From the human T2T-CHM13v2.0 reference genome, Homo sapiens, in assembly GCF_009914755.1 (NCBI RefSeq), contig NC_060932.1: a stretch of DNA of 64,000 bases. The stretch is one strand, 5' to 3'. Shown in pieces: positions 32,651 through 46,426 of the stretch (the stretch's first letter is position 1; each line of letters opens with the position of its first letter). Under the pieces are notes generated by a model. It was given only the letters and a program-made list of their open reading frames with translations, did not search any database and was not told the DNA's origin. A program made the position numbers and the translations under genes.

Positions 32651-34789
32651 AATAATAAATCCGTTTTGCAAAATGAGCTGCAATTACATAATCTAAATCT
32701 GAGTGTACACAAAAAATACAAAACAAGGGCCTAGGCTTTAAGTTTTTCATTCTTTCAACAAATATTTACATAGTACCTACCATAAGCCAAGCACCATGCT
32801 AGCAATGGGGCAATAACACCGAACAAAACAAAGCCCTTAATTGCTAGATATACTTGAATCCCTTGCATTTAATAGTGCTTGGCACAAAGTAAGCACCAAT
32901 GAATGTTAGAAAAAATAAATAAATAAATACATATATATATATACACATGAATAAGTTAGGTGTATAAAGGAGACCAGAAAGCAGCCTGTCACTAGAAAAG
33001 CTGCTTGAATTGAATTCTGAATACATAAAACATGTGAGTCCTTTGCAAAGATTTGACTAAAAGTGCCCTGATAAATCTGCTCCACTAGAATCGTGTAGTA
33101 AAGGGAATGAAAGGAAAAGCACGAAAGCCCTATTCCCAAACTGCGAATAAGACACTCCTGCCTCTCTGTTATCTTGGAAATAAAACTGTAACAGATGAAA
33201 ATGAGACAAACAAATCTCTAATTTAAAAAATAAATAAGCCCGCAAGTGGAAAACCTGCTTTTCATCAATCAAATAAATCAGGGAAGGCGGCATTTCTAGG
33301 CCATTGCCCTTGGGTCTACCACAGCACTTAGGAAATGGTTTTCCTAATTAGTCTAATCATCACTTCTGTTCTACATGGTTGTAGCTGACTAATTACCCAA
33401 CTCAAAAATGCTCACCCAACCCCCAATGCCAAGCTCCTCCAGAGCTCTATTTCCAATCACACTACTTAAGCCATTGTTCACAAGAACATTAATGACACTA
33501 TCACATGTTTAAAAAGTGTTGATTTGAAGGTGTGGAAGAGAGTCCCCAAACTTGGGGACTTTTTTACCTTAGAAACTTTTAAGGAACAGAAATATGCAAA
33601 TAAGAGCAGGGAAAATAACTTTGGTTTCTGAAATTCTCTTAACCATTGTTTTACAAGTCTACAGCAATGGAAAAATGACATGGAATAAAAAGCGTGTGTT
33701 TGTCCGGGAATGTAAGCGCTTGCCATTTTGCCATGGGGGCTTCAAAGCTGACTGCAAGCCAGGGCCGAGCCCACCATGTGACTGTCACTGTGTTCTAATA
33801 AACAGCAGCCTGCATGGTCGGGACTCCAGGTAAAGATAAATTGGGTTCCGTAGGTATTCTTTTTTCAGACGGCCTCTATTCAATTCCTCCAGTTTTAAAA
33901 TTCTCTTATGAAGAAATAAATAGCATGCCAGAGATGACAAAGGCCATGAATGTAAAAACACAAGGTAGCGGGGCTGAGTCTCAATAACCAGTGAGCACCT
34001 CCTGTGCACTGGAGCTAGACACTGCACAATGTTCTAGAAGCCATTTTTTGTTCTAGGACAATTTTTGAAGTGGTTTCATTTGCCTTATTACCTCAGATAG
34101 GTGTTGCTGAGTGACTGGACAGATTTCTTCTGCTTTCAGTCTCTTTTCATGGGTCCTTCAGAATGAGTTTTGGAAAGGAGAAAAACAAAAAGAGACCAGA
34201 AGGAACTGAGAAGCTCAAAGCATCAAAGGTGAATAAATTTGGTATTTGGTTTTATTTTTAACATGTAGAAGAGCATCAAAGAAAAAAGAAACACAGATTT
34301 TAGTCAGGAAACAAAAATTACTCAAAATAGCAAGTATAGGTTAGATGATTTAATGAGAATACTAGGGATTAGAGAATGTCCCAGCTCTATTAATAAATTA
34401 TCTTGGGCAAATCTCCTTAGTTCTGAGGTCTGATTACATTTTCTATGCTCATAGTACCTTCTTCTTACATAACTTGCATCATCTCAAACAAATCTAAAAA
34501 CCAACAACAATAAATATCCTAACAAATGGCACTTTTTATTCCTTTAAGCTGCCTCTCAAGAGCCACCCTGCAAGTGGGGTTTGGATCAACTTCCCACCTG
34601 ACATATGCCCAACCAAGTGGCTATTCTAATGCCTCAGCACTGTGCTAGAATCAATGGTGAAGAAAGATGAAATGCTGCCTTATCTTTGATCTAAGAAGCT
34701 TATAGTCTAGGTGGAAGGATGTAACACAAAGCAATATCCAACAAGAGTGCTACATCTCAATAAATGGCAACTCCAAGAATCCCCATTAA

Positions 34790-35130
34790 TTGAGGCAGAA
34801 ATCTATGTCATTCTTCCTTTCCTTACACCCCATCAATCATCAGGTTCTGTTGATCTACACAAAATGTGGCTCATTTATCTTTCCACTTGTCTGTATCACA
34901 GCTGCCACCATCCCTGTCCAAGAAATCTTCATCTCTCACCTACAAAAGCTCACTGATTAATCCCTCTGCTTCCTTTCTTGCCCTCTTCAATCCGTTCTTC
35001 ACAGGGCATCCAGAGTGATTTTTTTAAAAGGCTAAACTGCTTAAACCTCTTCAGTGACCTTCCATGTTCACAGGATAAAATCCAGGTACCCTCCTTTAGC
35101 CGTAAGGCCCTGCATGGTCTGGCCCTAGCT
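34790..35130 (+). mobile_element. L2 fragment
   Basis: cttaaacctcttcagtgaccttcc...caggataaaatccag...aaggccctgcatggtctggccc. Confidence 0.6.
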
Positions 35131-36153
35131 TATCTTTGCAATCCCATGCCTTCATTCCTACCGCTCCACCCACTCTTCCTCACTTGGCTCCGCCGCCTGG
35201 CCTTCTCTCAGTTCTTCATATGCGACGCTCTTTTCTGCCCATGGCCATTGTGCTTGATATTCCTCTGTACGGCATATGCTTCCTCTGGCCAGCGCCATTT
35301 CATCTGCCAGGGACATCTGCTGTTCCTGCCTGGCCAGCAATCCTTCTCCTGGTAACAGAACACCTTTTTTCTTCTTGAAGTCACCTTTCCCTCATTCTCA
35401 CTCCATGTGGTTTGGCTTAAACTGGCAACTTCTCCTCATCCCCACCCGGGCAATCTACAATTACCAGGATATTTCTGGTAATAAGGAAACAAATTTTAAT
35501 TGAAATTTTTTAAAACAGAATATTTTAAAGTAATTACACAATCAGAAAAGGTTGCCTGTGCCTATGAATACCTTCTCCAGAGGCCTGTCCTCCACCTACC
35601 TTTCCATGATCTGTAATTCCCCTGATGATCACATTCACGAACAGATCAACCAAGCTGCAGTGTTACACTAACAGTCATGCAGTGATCTCAGTTTTGCCAA
35701 AGTGCTTTCAAATAACTGAGGAGTGGGGGAAGCAAAATCCTGCCTCCAAAGACAGTTAAAAGGACCAGATGATCCTCTTACTCTCTCCTATTAACCCAGA
35801 TAAATTTATCAGCTCAGCTAGCTGATACTTCAGCCCCAGGAAAGTGAAATACATAACTGGGGTAGAAGAAGCTGCCGGCCAGAGCCCAAGGAAAATGGGG
35901 CACCAGAAACACGGGTTTTACATGGGCCCAATTCAGTTTTACATAGGGTCTCTCCCTCATCCCGCGTGGAGATTAGCAAGTCAAATTTAATACTTTTGAC
36001 CACACACTGGTTTAGATGCAGTATTGAACTAAGTCAGACTGAATTTCAGTGGTAAAAATACACAAACAAAAAATTACTACAGAAGTGAACTTGGCTACAG
36101 AGTCATAAGGTGATGTGTTTACTCTCTCGGACAATAATCTTGGGCAACAGAAA

Positions 36154-36182
36154 ACACACACACACACATACACACACACACA

Positions 36183-36217
<35 letters not shown>
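36154..36217. repeat. (CA)n microsatellite with two TA interruptions
   Basis: Directly visible, about 32 units. Confidence 0.97.
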
Positions 36218-36659
36218 TCCTGAAACTCCCTGGGGAGGTTTCACAGTACACCACTTCCCTGGGTGTCCTGTGGCTAGGGTCAACTGTGACCTACAGGCAG
36301 GGCCTTCTCTGACTGCTTTTATTGATAGCTGAACCACCAGAATTGGTCCAAAATTGGTAATACCTGTGGAATGAGGGAGGGAGCATTTGTCAATTTGGGA
36401 CACCACCAAAACAGCCAGTGACACTTAAAAAGACTAATTCATATACATGCAAAACAAACAGTGTTAATTAAGTTAGAGGTGTCATTTTAATGCTTGTTTC
36501 AATGTCAGGACCTTTAGACAAAGGCATTAAAGACATTTTGTCTGAGCTCTAAAGTAAAAATAAATTAAGGGTCTGAATTAGCACCCTCAATCTAGCTTCA
36601 AAACAACTTTTATCCATGTTTAAAATCCCCTTGACTAAATTATCAAAATAATGGCTGTG

Positions 36660-36880
36660 CTTTTATTGAATATTTACAATGCGCCAGACATGGGGCTGAG
36701 CATTTCACAATCACGATTTCCCTTAAATCATTCAACCCTCAAAAACACTCCTACGTAACAAGTTTTACCCTCATTGTACTAATGAAGAAACTGAGGCTCA
36801 GAAAAACTAATACGTTTGCCCAAAATTGAATCATCAGTGAAAATGTCCATCAAACCTAGGTCGGTCAAATTCCATCATGA
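36660..36880 (-). mobile_element. MIR
   Basis: atgaagaaactgaggctcaga core. Confidence 0.65.
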
Positions 36881-38661
36881 ATTCATAATGGTTTCCAAAC
36901 CAGTCTATGGTAGAACATTTTTAACAGGTTTATACCCTGTTTTTATGAAAAAGTTTCAGGCTTTATTGTGAATTCAGTTATATAACTAATAAGGATCAGA
37001 CCTCAAACTGCAGTTAATCCCAATTGTGTGCTGAGATCAAAAGGTATGTCTCATTAAATCAAGGCAAGTGGGACTATAGCTTGCTGAAACTCCCAGGGAA
37101 TCCTTTTAATTTGTTAGTGATACTTAAAAAAAAAAAAAATCTTCTAATCTTCTGTTCAAAACAATTTGATGGTTTCTCATCTCACAGTAAAAGCTAATGA
37201 CCCTACAGTTGTGCTTGGAAGTGTCTGGCACACACCTCAATAAATACTTGTTGAATGAATGGATAAATTCAGAGAGCCACTATATCCTTTCTTATCCTTT
37301 CAATAAAAAGATGCACAAGTTTCCAGGGAAATAAAACACTAACAATAAAAGAAGTTGACGAACTGAAAGCTTTTCTTTAGGAAAATCACTGAACTCCAAG
37401 TTCAGATAAGATAACCAAAAAGGACTCAAGTGTGCCCTAATTAGAACAAATGAACTTCAGGCTACTTCATTTTGTTAACTCTGAAGAAGATTCAACAGGA
37501 CCTTTAAAAATGTACTAGAAATGATTCAGTCTTCTTCATCCATACATTAGAAACCATAATTTTTTTTAAGTAGTGGACTTGAAGTCAACACCTGAGTACT
37601 TGTCCAACTTTGTCCTTAATTCATTTTCTTTCTGTTTCCTCATTTGCAAAATGACATGAGACTCCAAGATTTCTAAGGTCCGTCTGAGCTCTGATATTGT
37701 ATTATTAATCACAATCTCCAACTTAATTGACAAAACAACTCAATAATTATTTCTATCATAAAAATAATCTGATTAAAGGACGCAATTTATTACAAAATCA
37801 GAAATAGACACCTCATCCAAAGGTCAATTCCTAATTTCTTGTATAATCCAAATCTTCCAAATGCAATAATTTAATCCAGAATATCTAGGGAGTGACATAG
37901 CCTCTGTCCCATTAAAATTGGATTAAAATCCAAAATAAGAAAATCTTGTAAATGTCTTTTCTGTAGTCCTCAGAGAAAGACAGAGTGAGTGTACTCCTTT
38001 TGCCAGAGTCAGTTTTCTCTTTAGATCATATTCTTTATTCCAAACACTTACTGGTAACTATTACGTCCACTAAGTCTTCTCTCCTTAGGTTAAAGATCAC
38101 AGTTCTATGACCTCTCCTGACATCACATGATTTTTTCACCACTCACATACCTGTTCACTGTTAATGTCCCCCTTTAAATGTGACACCCAGAATCCAATAA
38201 AATAATTCTCAGAGTCTCATTGTTTCAGAGTATAGTGGCACTGTTTCTGGCACTTATTTATTGATGAAGATAAAACCAACTTGACAGCATTGCTTTAACA
38301 GTTAAATAAGATAATGAGTGTAAAGTCTTAACACAAGGTTTGGCAGATAGTAACCTCTCAATAAATGGCTACTGCTGCTGTGATTGCTAGTAACAATAAA
38401 TTGTAATACTATTTCATGAGTATTAGAGCTTATCCCCCCAATTCAGTTGTATGCTTTAGCTCTCAATAACACTGAAAGTTTGCCTTATACATTATTAGCT
38501 GTTTTTCCCCACATCAGGGATAGGTAGAAAAAATGCTGAGGCTCAATTTAAATCGAAGATCAATCAGAAACCAAGATAAAGTAACTCTGAAATTAAGACT
38601 TAAATTAATGGCAAACAGGGTATGATTTATTTAAGGAGTTAATTTATCCTCTGTTTTCCAG

Positions 38662-38716
38662 AACAATTTGATTATATCAAACAATTTGATTATATCAATA
38701 TAATTTGATTATATCA
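38662..38716. repeat. Tandem repeat, 3 x 18-19 bp
   Basis: aatttgattatatca occurs three times. Confidence 0.95.
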
Positions 38717-38804
38717 ATCACTTTTTTCAGCTAAAGAGCACTATCCCTCAATCATACCATTTAAAAGATGAAGCAAATGTATGTATCACTGACATGTGCT
38801 GAGA

Positions 38805-38990
38805 AGGCAGTCTGGCACAGAGTTGAAGGGAGTGAGCTCTGGAACCGGACTGACTAGAGTTCCGTATCCTAGATCTACCACTTACCCACTGTGTGATCTA
38901 AGGCAAATTACTTAACCTCTCTGGTCTCAGGCTTCACATCTATAAAATGTGAGTCATGACAGGACCTATCTACCTTATGAGGGGCAGTAA
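38805..38990 (+). mobile_element. MIR
   Basis: ggcaaattacttaacctctctggtctcagg...catctataaaatg. Confidence 0.7.
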
Positions 38991-39321
38991 ATTATCCTAA
39001 ACAACATTGCTAAAAATGTATTATCTGGAAGTCTCAGACATTTTCAATTTTTATAGGTCCTCATCTCTGTTAGCCATTGCTGAAGTCAATCAACATGTTT
39101 GTATTCTCTGCATATTTATAATTATCTATTTTCTGAAACATCCATTTGTTTTTACGGTAGATTTTAAGATTACTGTAAAAAAATCCATCTTTATTTTAAT
39201 ACTTAACTAACCATATATGCCTCACTACAGCAAATCATGTGTTGGTATTAACAGAGAATTATGAGATAAAGAAACAAATAAAACTGTGCTTGTCATACCT
39301 GCAGCTGCTCTGCATATACAC

Positions 39322-39601
39322 CTGTGCTGTCTAATACGACAGTCACATGGGGCCATTTAGCACCTGAAATATGGCAGATGTGCTGTGAGTGTAAAATATA
39401 GGCCAGATTTCTAAGTACAAGCAAAGAATATAAATTATCACTAAGCTTTTGTCAAAATGACAATATTTCGGACACAGTAGGTTAAATAAAATATATTACC
39501 TACATTACTTCCATTGATTTCTTTTTACTTTTTTTTAATGTGGCTACTAGAAAATTTAAACTTACTTGTGAAATTCTCATCATATTTCTATTGAATAGCA
39601 C
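39322..39601. mobile_element. MER33-like hAT MITE
   Basis: ctgtgctgtctaata...taatgtggctactagaaaatttaaa...tatttctattgaatagcac. Confidence 0.7.
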
Positions 39602-40369
39602 CCATACAGAAGATCCTAAAAAGTATGCCTCATTAAAATCAGGACAAGATCTATGGTCTAAAGTATAGCAGAAACTAAATGTAGAATTTACAGGAATTTT
39701 CAGAGTTCAGATAATTAATTTCAAACTCTTCTCCAACCCCCACCGAGACATATCCTTTTATAGGTACTTTTTAAGTACCGCGTCCAGTCTAGAGCCATCT
39801 AAGAAGCTTTCATTAGCCAGTGGTGACTTTCAAAGGTTTATTCTATTTTCCACAAGCTGACAAAATTTATTTATAACAAAGCCAAAGGACTGCTTTCCAG
39901 CAAGGGAGCTGTTTACTGAAGAGATTTGGCCTTAGCAAGTAGGAATCCAGAGAATTTAAAAGCTGACAACTGAACTGGCAAATTGGCCCCAGTACTGGGA
40001 CTTTGCCTATAGCTCCAAAGCATGTACTCAGAGGTCTAGGACAAATATGGCCTTGGGATGTGAATGAGACCCAGAAGTCTGGCCTTCCCTACATAATGCA
40101 AATGAAACTTGGCCTAGTCTCTTCAGCTATCTAATTACTAAACAAAACTCCCAGACGCCAGTAGCTTTTTTGCAAAGATCAATAAAAATGCAGAGTGGAA
40201 AGCGGAGATACTGAAATGCTATCAACAAATGCTACAACAATATATTGTTGTTCTGAGTCTGAAAGTTCCAGCTGGAAAAGGCCCAATGTGGCAATAATAG
40301 AGAAGTAGAGGAAGAGCAGAAGCAAAATCTAAGGAGGAAAAATAAACCAGGAAGTATTACCCTAAGATC

Positions 40370-40895
40370 TCTTTCTACTCAAAATGAGGTGCACCAGTGT
40401 ATTAGTCTGTTCTCAGGCTGCTATTAAAGACATGCCCGGGACTCAGTAATTTCTAAAGGAAAGAGGTTTAATTGATGCACAGCTCAGCTTGACTAGGAAG
40501 GCCTCACAACCATGGAGGAAAGCAAACGGCCAAAGGCACATCTTACATAGTGGCAGGCAAGAGAGCATGTGCAGGGGAACTGCCTTTTATAAAACCATCA
40601 GATCTCGTGAGACTTATTCACCATCAATAGAAACAGCAGGGAAAAACCCACCCCCATGATTCAATTACCTCCCACCAGGTCCCTCCCATGACACGTGGGG
40701 ATTATGGGAGCTACAACTCAAGACCAGATTTGGGTGGGGACACAGCCAAACCATATCAGCCAGCATCCGTAGCATCACCTAGTAGCTTGTTAAAGATGCA
40801 GATCTCAGGCCCCACTCCAGAACTAAAGAATCAGAATCTTCACTTCAACAATGTCCCCAGGTGATTTCCACAGTAATGTCTGGGAAACAACTGGT
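40370..40895. mobile_element. MER5A interrupted by a THE1 LTR
   Basis: agcatcacctagtagcttgttaaagatgcagatctcaggccccactccaga resumes right after the LTR. Confidence 0.65.
40398..40758 (-). mobile_element. THE1 solo LTR (THE1C/D-like)
   Basis: tgtattagtctgttctc...gccaaaccatatca; TSD accag/gccag. Confidence 0.92.
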
Positions 40896-41429
40896 CATCC
40901 ACACAAGATCCAAGGACACCGGTTTCTTTAAATTCTTACTCTTATTACCCATCTGTTGCCCTGTGGTTGCTACCTGGAAACATGGGGCCTTTTGTGTTTA
41001 ATGCATGCAATGAACATTTAGTTGACTGAATAAATTCTTGGAAAATGTGATCTTATACATGCTTAATGGACGGTGGGGAATCTGTGCCTCAGATGAGAGC
41101 TAAAGAAGTCATCAGTTACTGAAAACATGTGGACAGAGTGTACCTCAGATCCATGCATATTGCATAACTATTAACAGAACTAGGGACTCCCTGAGGTTGA
41201 ACAAGATGAGCAGACACAATTCATACCCAAAAGACATTTATTTAACGGCTCAGACAAAAGAAACAGTTTTGATTTTTGATGGAGATGGGAAGATAAGGAC
41301 TTTATGTTGAAAAAAATCAACAGCATTAACAAAAATTAGTGTTTACAACAGTAAGCTAGATGATTTGGGCTGTTTTAAATTACACCAAAGGTCCTTTGGG
41401 AATTATGCTACTACATGAAGCATCATATT

Positions 41430-42930
41430 TTTTTCCTCTTTACTGTCTTTCCCATTGGTATTCGAACATGCTGTTACTTCCTGCATTTTTAAAACATCTC
41501 TTGACCTCATTTCTCCCTGCAGCTACATTTCTCACATTCTCTTTACAGCAAAAATCTTTGCAATATTTTTCTACATTTGATGTTTCCGTTTCTCTACTTC
41601 TGCGCTCTCTTACATACCCACTGATCAACATTTGGTCCCCACTACTACACTATAATCCCAGTTGGTTATCAACCTCAGCAATGACATCTCCATTGCTAAA
41701 TCCCTGGGTCAAATCTCATTTGCCCCTCATTTTACTTTACTTCCCGGGAGAATCTGACTCATCTTGCTTGAAGTGGTTTTTTCACATGGCTGGCAAGACC
41801 TCGCACTCTCGATTCCCCTCATTCGCTGCTTTCCTTCATTCTCCTTTATTGGTGCCTTCTCATCTCTTCAATCTCAGTGTGGAAGCAGCCCAGGTTTTGG
41901 CCCTCAACTTCTTTTCCTTTCTATTGACATTCGCTCCCTGTGGATTTCATCCAGTTTGTATATTCTGACAACTCTCAAATGTTCACCTCTAACCCAGCCC
42001 CTTCCTCTGTAATCCAGATAAATATATCCACCTGCCTACCAGACAGCTCCCTGACTGAGCTCCTGATCCTTTCCAAAATCAGCTTCTCCCTATCTCAGTT
42101 AATGCACCTCCATCCTTCAAGATGCACAGGCCAGTATTTTGCAAGTCACCCATGCTTTCTCCCACTCACATCCCACATTCAGACAATGAGAATATCCTTC
42201 CCACTCAACCTTCAAAACATACCATGGTGGTCCAAGCCACCACCCTCACTCACCTAGGTTACAACAGCCTCCCAACTGGTTTTCCTACTTCCACTCTTCC
42301 CCGCTTCAGTCTATTCTCATGAGACACAGCAGCAGCATGTCCTCCAAGAACATCAGCCAGATCATGTCCCATCTTTATTTGAAACTCTCTAACAGGCTTC
42401 TCTGCTCACTCTCAGTCCAAACCGAAGCCCTTGCAATAGCAACAAGGCCCCACAGGACCTGGCGACGGTGTCCGGTCCGACCCCACTGCTCACTGTGCTC
42501 CAGTCACACTGGTGTCCCTGTTCCTGGAAGGCAGGAAGTATGGCTCTGCCTCAGGGCTCTGCACCTGCTGTGCCCTCTTCCCGGTGCACTTACCTTCCTT
42601 CTTCAGGTCTTTCCTCATGCGTCACCTCAACAAGGTCATCCTTGACCACCCATTTGTAACTGCAACTCCACCCCCTCCCAAACTCCCTCCTCTGCCTTAT
42701 TTTTCCCTGAAGGGCTTCACACTGTCAACATACTACACACACGCACATGCAGACACAACTCATACACTGTCTGTCTTACCTTGTAAGAACAAGGATTTTT
42801 TTCTTTTTTAATTTTTATTTTACTTATTTTTTTGTCTGTTTTGTTGACCACTGTATCCCTGGAACCTAAAATAATGCCTGCCTCATAGGAGACACTCAAA
42901 CACCATCTGTTGAATGAATGTATGAATGAA
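41430..42930 (+). mobile_element. L2 (~1.5 kb, RT region to 3' end)
   Basis: cagcaatgacatctccattgctaaatcc...cctcattttact (NDLxxAKS..LILL-like); terminus tgttgaatgaatgtatgaatgaa. Confidence 0.8.
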
Positions 42931-43208
42931 GGAAAAGTGACTGTGACACAGAACTGCATATGACCTATTACAGTACGCCCTGTAGCCTTTTAAAAGAGTT
43001 GTATTTTAAATAAGTCACTTGGTATGCACATATATTCAGATACCGTGGAAAAGACAAAGCTGCGCCAATTTGATAATTAAATTAACCACATACAAAATCT
43101 GGCCCATTGTAAAGAAAAAGCTCTCTTAACTGAGAGATGCCCTGAAACACTCCAAGGGTGCTAGGCTTTCTCAAAACCCTGGACCTTGCTTCACCAGAGC
43201 TCATTTAA

Positions 43209-43574
<366 letters not shown>

Positions 43575-44142
43575 CTAATATAATGGACTTTGATTTCTTT
43601 AGATGAAAGAGAAATTATGATGCAAAGTACAAAGCACTTTATAGTTATGATACATAAATTCCAGGTGTAACCCATTTTCAGTGAACTTCTGGACTCAAGT
43701 ACAAGACAGAAAAAAACGTTTTTGTTATACTTTAGTAACTCACTCACTCTGTAGATGGACATGGTGGGTCCCATTTTTATAAACCACATTTCTTAAAAAC
43801 CTAAAATTATCTTCCAGGTGAAAGGAAAGCAAAATAATCTCAGCAAACATTTTAGATGTAGAAATAAATTATTCAGGAGGGAAGCAGCTTTGTACACAAC
43901 ATAAGTGATGTGAGGCAGACAAATGCCAAAAGTGATTTTAGAACAAAATGGAAAGAATGTCCTAATGTCTCTACCTTATAATAACCCTTTTCATTCCTTA
44001 GACCATAACAGGTTTGCTTTTGTTTCTGAAGTTATGTATACAGCAGAAATTCTTAACCACCCTCCAATTAACCAACTCCAGGATGTCTCACAAGGTGACA
44101 CAAGTTACCCGGGAAGACATGCTGGCTGATGCCCATTCATAC

Positions 44143-44155
44143 CTGCTGCTCACAG
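44143..44155 (-). other. Candidate 13-nt microexon (CTGTGAGCAGCAG)
   Basis: Minus strand: CTGAT branch-like motif, TTTTTTCATTCTGTTTCTTTATCTGTCACCAG acceptor, CAG|GTATGA donor. Confidence 0.3.
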
Positions 44156-44924
44156 CTGGTGACAGATAAAGAAACAGAATGAAAAAATCAGTACCTGGCG
44201 CTCAGGCTGTGGTCTTAAGACTACAGCAAGCTCATGAAATTCTGCCCACACGACTGAGGTGGCGATTACCAAGAATCAGTTGTGTTTGCACCTGAATGGA
44301 TTTGTCCTGGTTGTACTTGCTACCAAAATTATGTAACTTAAATATTATGTAAAACAAACATAAGCATAATGAGAGAGAGAGGTGTATTGCTAAATGGAAT
44401 GCTTTAGAAAGAAGCCATTAAATGGCCACAAGAGAATTCTACTGACAAATTTTTTATTTTAAAATTATTTTTTACTAAACAGAGGCAAAATAAAACTTTA
44501 CAAAATATTTATAAAATACAAATATTCATGAAGGAAATACCTCTGTATACTAACTACACCACCCAAGTTTTTTAAAAAATGGAATTACCATTATCTTTCT
44601 AACTCCCCTCTGAATCTTACTGAACTTCCCTCTGAATCATTACTTAATGATTTTATAAATGATAATATTTTCTCACTGACTAATCACAGATACATTTGTT
44701 TTAGTAACGCTTCTAAAATTTCGGCTTTAATTCCTCTAGGCCTGTCAAGTTCTTTTAAATCTATAAACTATATTATCTTTACATAAGCTCCAGTTTTAGA
44801 ATATGATATTGTATTTTATTAGACTTTCTTTCCCAAGCAGGACACAGCAATATGAGAGGCCAACAACTGATATACAAGCCACACCGAGAAGGTAGGAAGA
44901 ATTGCACCCAAAATGAAAAAATAT

Positions 44925-45284
<360 letters not shown>

Positions 45285-45730
45285 CTACATCACACCCGGT
45301 GAACACAGCCTAAGCCTTTATCTACTTCTATCAGAAGTCTCTGCCAGAAGGGAAAGAGCTGGGTGAGGAAATCCATAGTAACACATTACTCTTATCTTTT
45401 ATGTCCTAGATTGCCATTTGCAAGAGAGCTATTAATGAAAGTCACACACCTGAAGCTCTAAAAGCAGCCCAGGGAATGGGGAAAATTCCCTGTCTCCAAA
45501 ACAGGAGATGAAGCCACTGTGAAGCCAATAGCAAAAAAGTGATCAGGCCAGAAATCCTGCTGACTCAGGAAATTCTATTCTGCCGTTAGACGAAGCTAAA
45601 TATCAGAGCACCTACTCTGCCGTATATTCTTAATAGGGTTCCTGTACTTAGCTATGTAACAGCCTATGGGGTTTAACTCATTCGCTAAAGAAACATATTG
45701 AATGAGGACCCTGGGCCAAAGCACCACATA

Positions 45731-45822
45731 TAGTCGTCCATCGGTAAAGTGGGGCATAAGTGGGGATTGGTCATAGATTTGGGGATTCAAAGGTGCTCAA
45801 ATCTCTTATACAAAGTGATGTA
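45731..45822 (+). mobile_element. MER2 (Tigger family) 5' part
   Basis: TA|tagtcgtccatcggta...ggggattgg...gtgctcaaatctcttatacaaagtgatgta resembles the MER2 start. Confidence 0.6.
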
Positions 45823-45824
45823 AT

Positions 45825-45912
45825 GAGTAAGAAGGAACTAAGCGCACACATTCTCTGAGCACCTGCCACGCGCAAACACAGTGCTAAATGCTTCCACATG
45901 TATTATCTTTTT
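45825..45912 (-). mobile_element. MIR 3' fragment
   Basis: tgagcacctgccacgcgcaaacacagtgctaaatgcttccacatgtattatct. Confidence 0.55.
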
Positions 45913-45920
45913 AAAATGAC

Positions 45921-46296
<376 letters not shown>

Positions 46297-46426
46297 GATC
46301 TTATTTAGACCTTAGTTCCAGCGTCTCTGGAAGAGTGGCAGTTTTCTCATTGGCTGACCCTATTGCCTGGTCTCGCTGCTCGGTGCAAAGGCCTTTAGAA
46401 ATTCTCTGCTTTGACTGACTGGCTAA

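Noticed and set aside
36012-36424. VCVCVC / THTHTH ORFs
   Set aside because: Translations of the (CA)n microsatellite.
38662-38716. Short palindromic repeats as a CRISPR-like array
   Set aside because: No spacers, only three adjacent units, eukaryotic context and no cas genes.
41360-41968. 202-aa plus-strand ORF
   Set aside because: Lies in a decayed L2 with only scraps of RT similarity and a non-ATG start.
44195-44291. Possible minus-strand exon ending CAG|GTACTG
   Set aside because: Poor pyrimidine tract at the acceptor, and the donor is only ~39 nt from the next acceptor.
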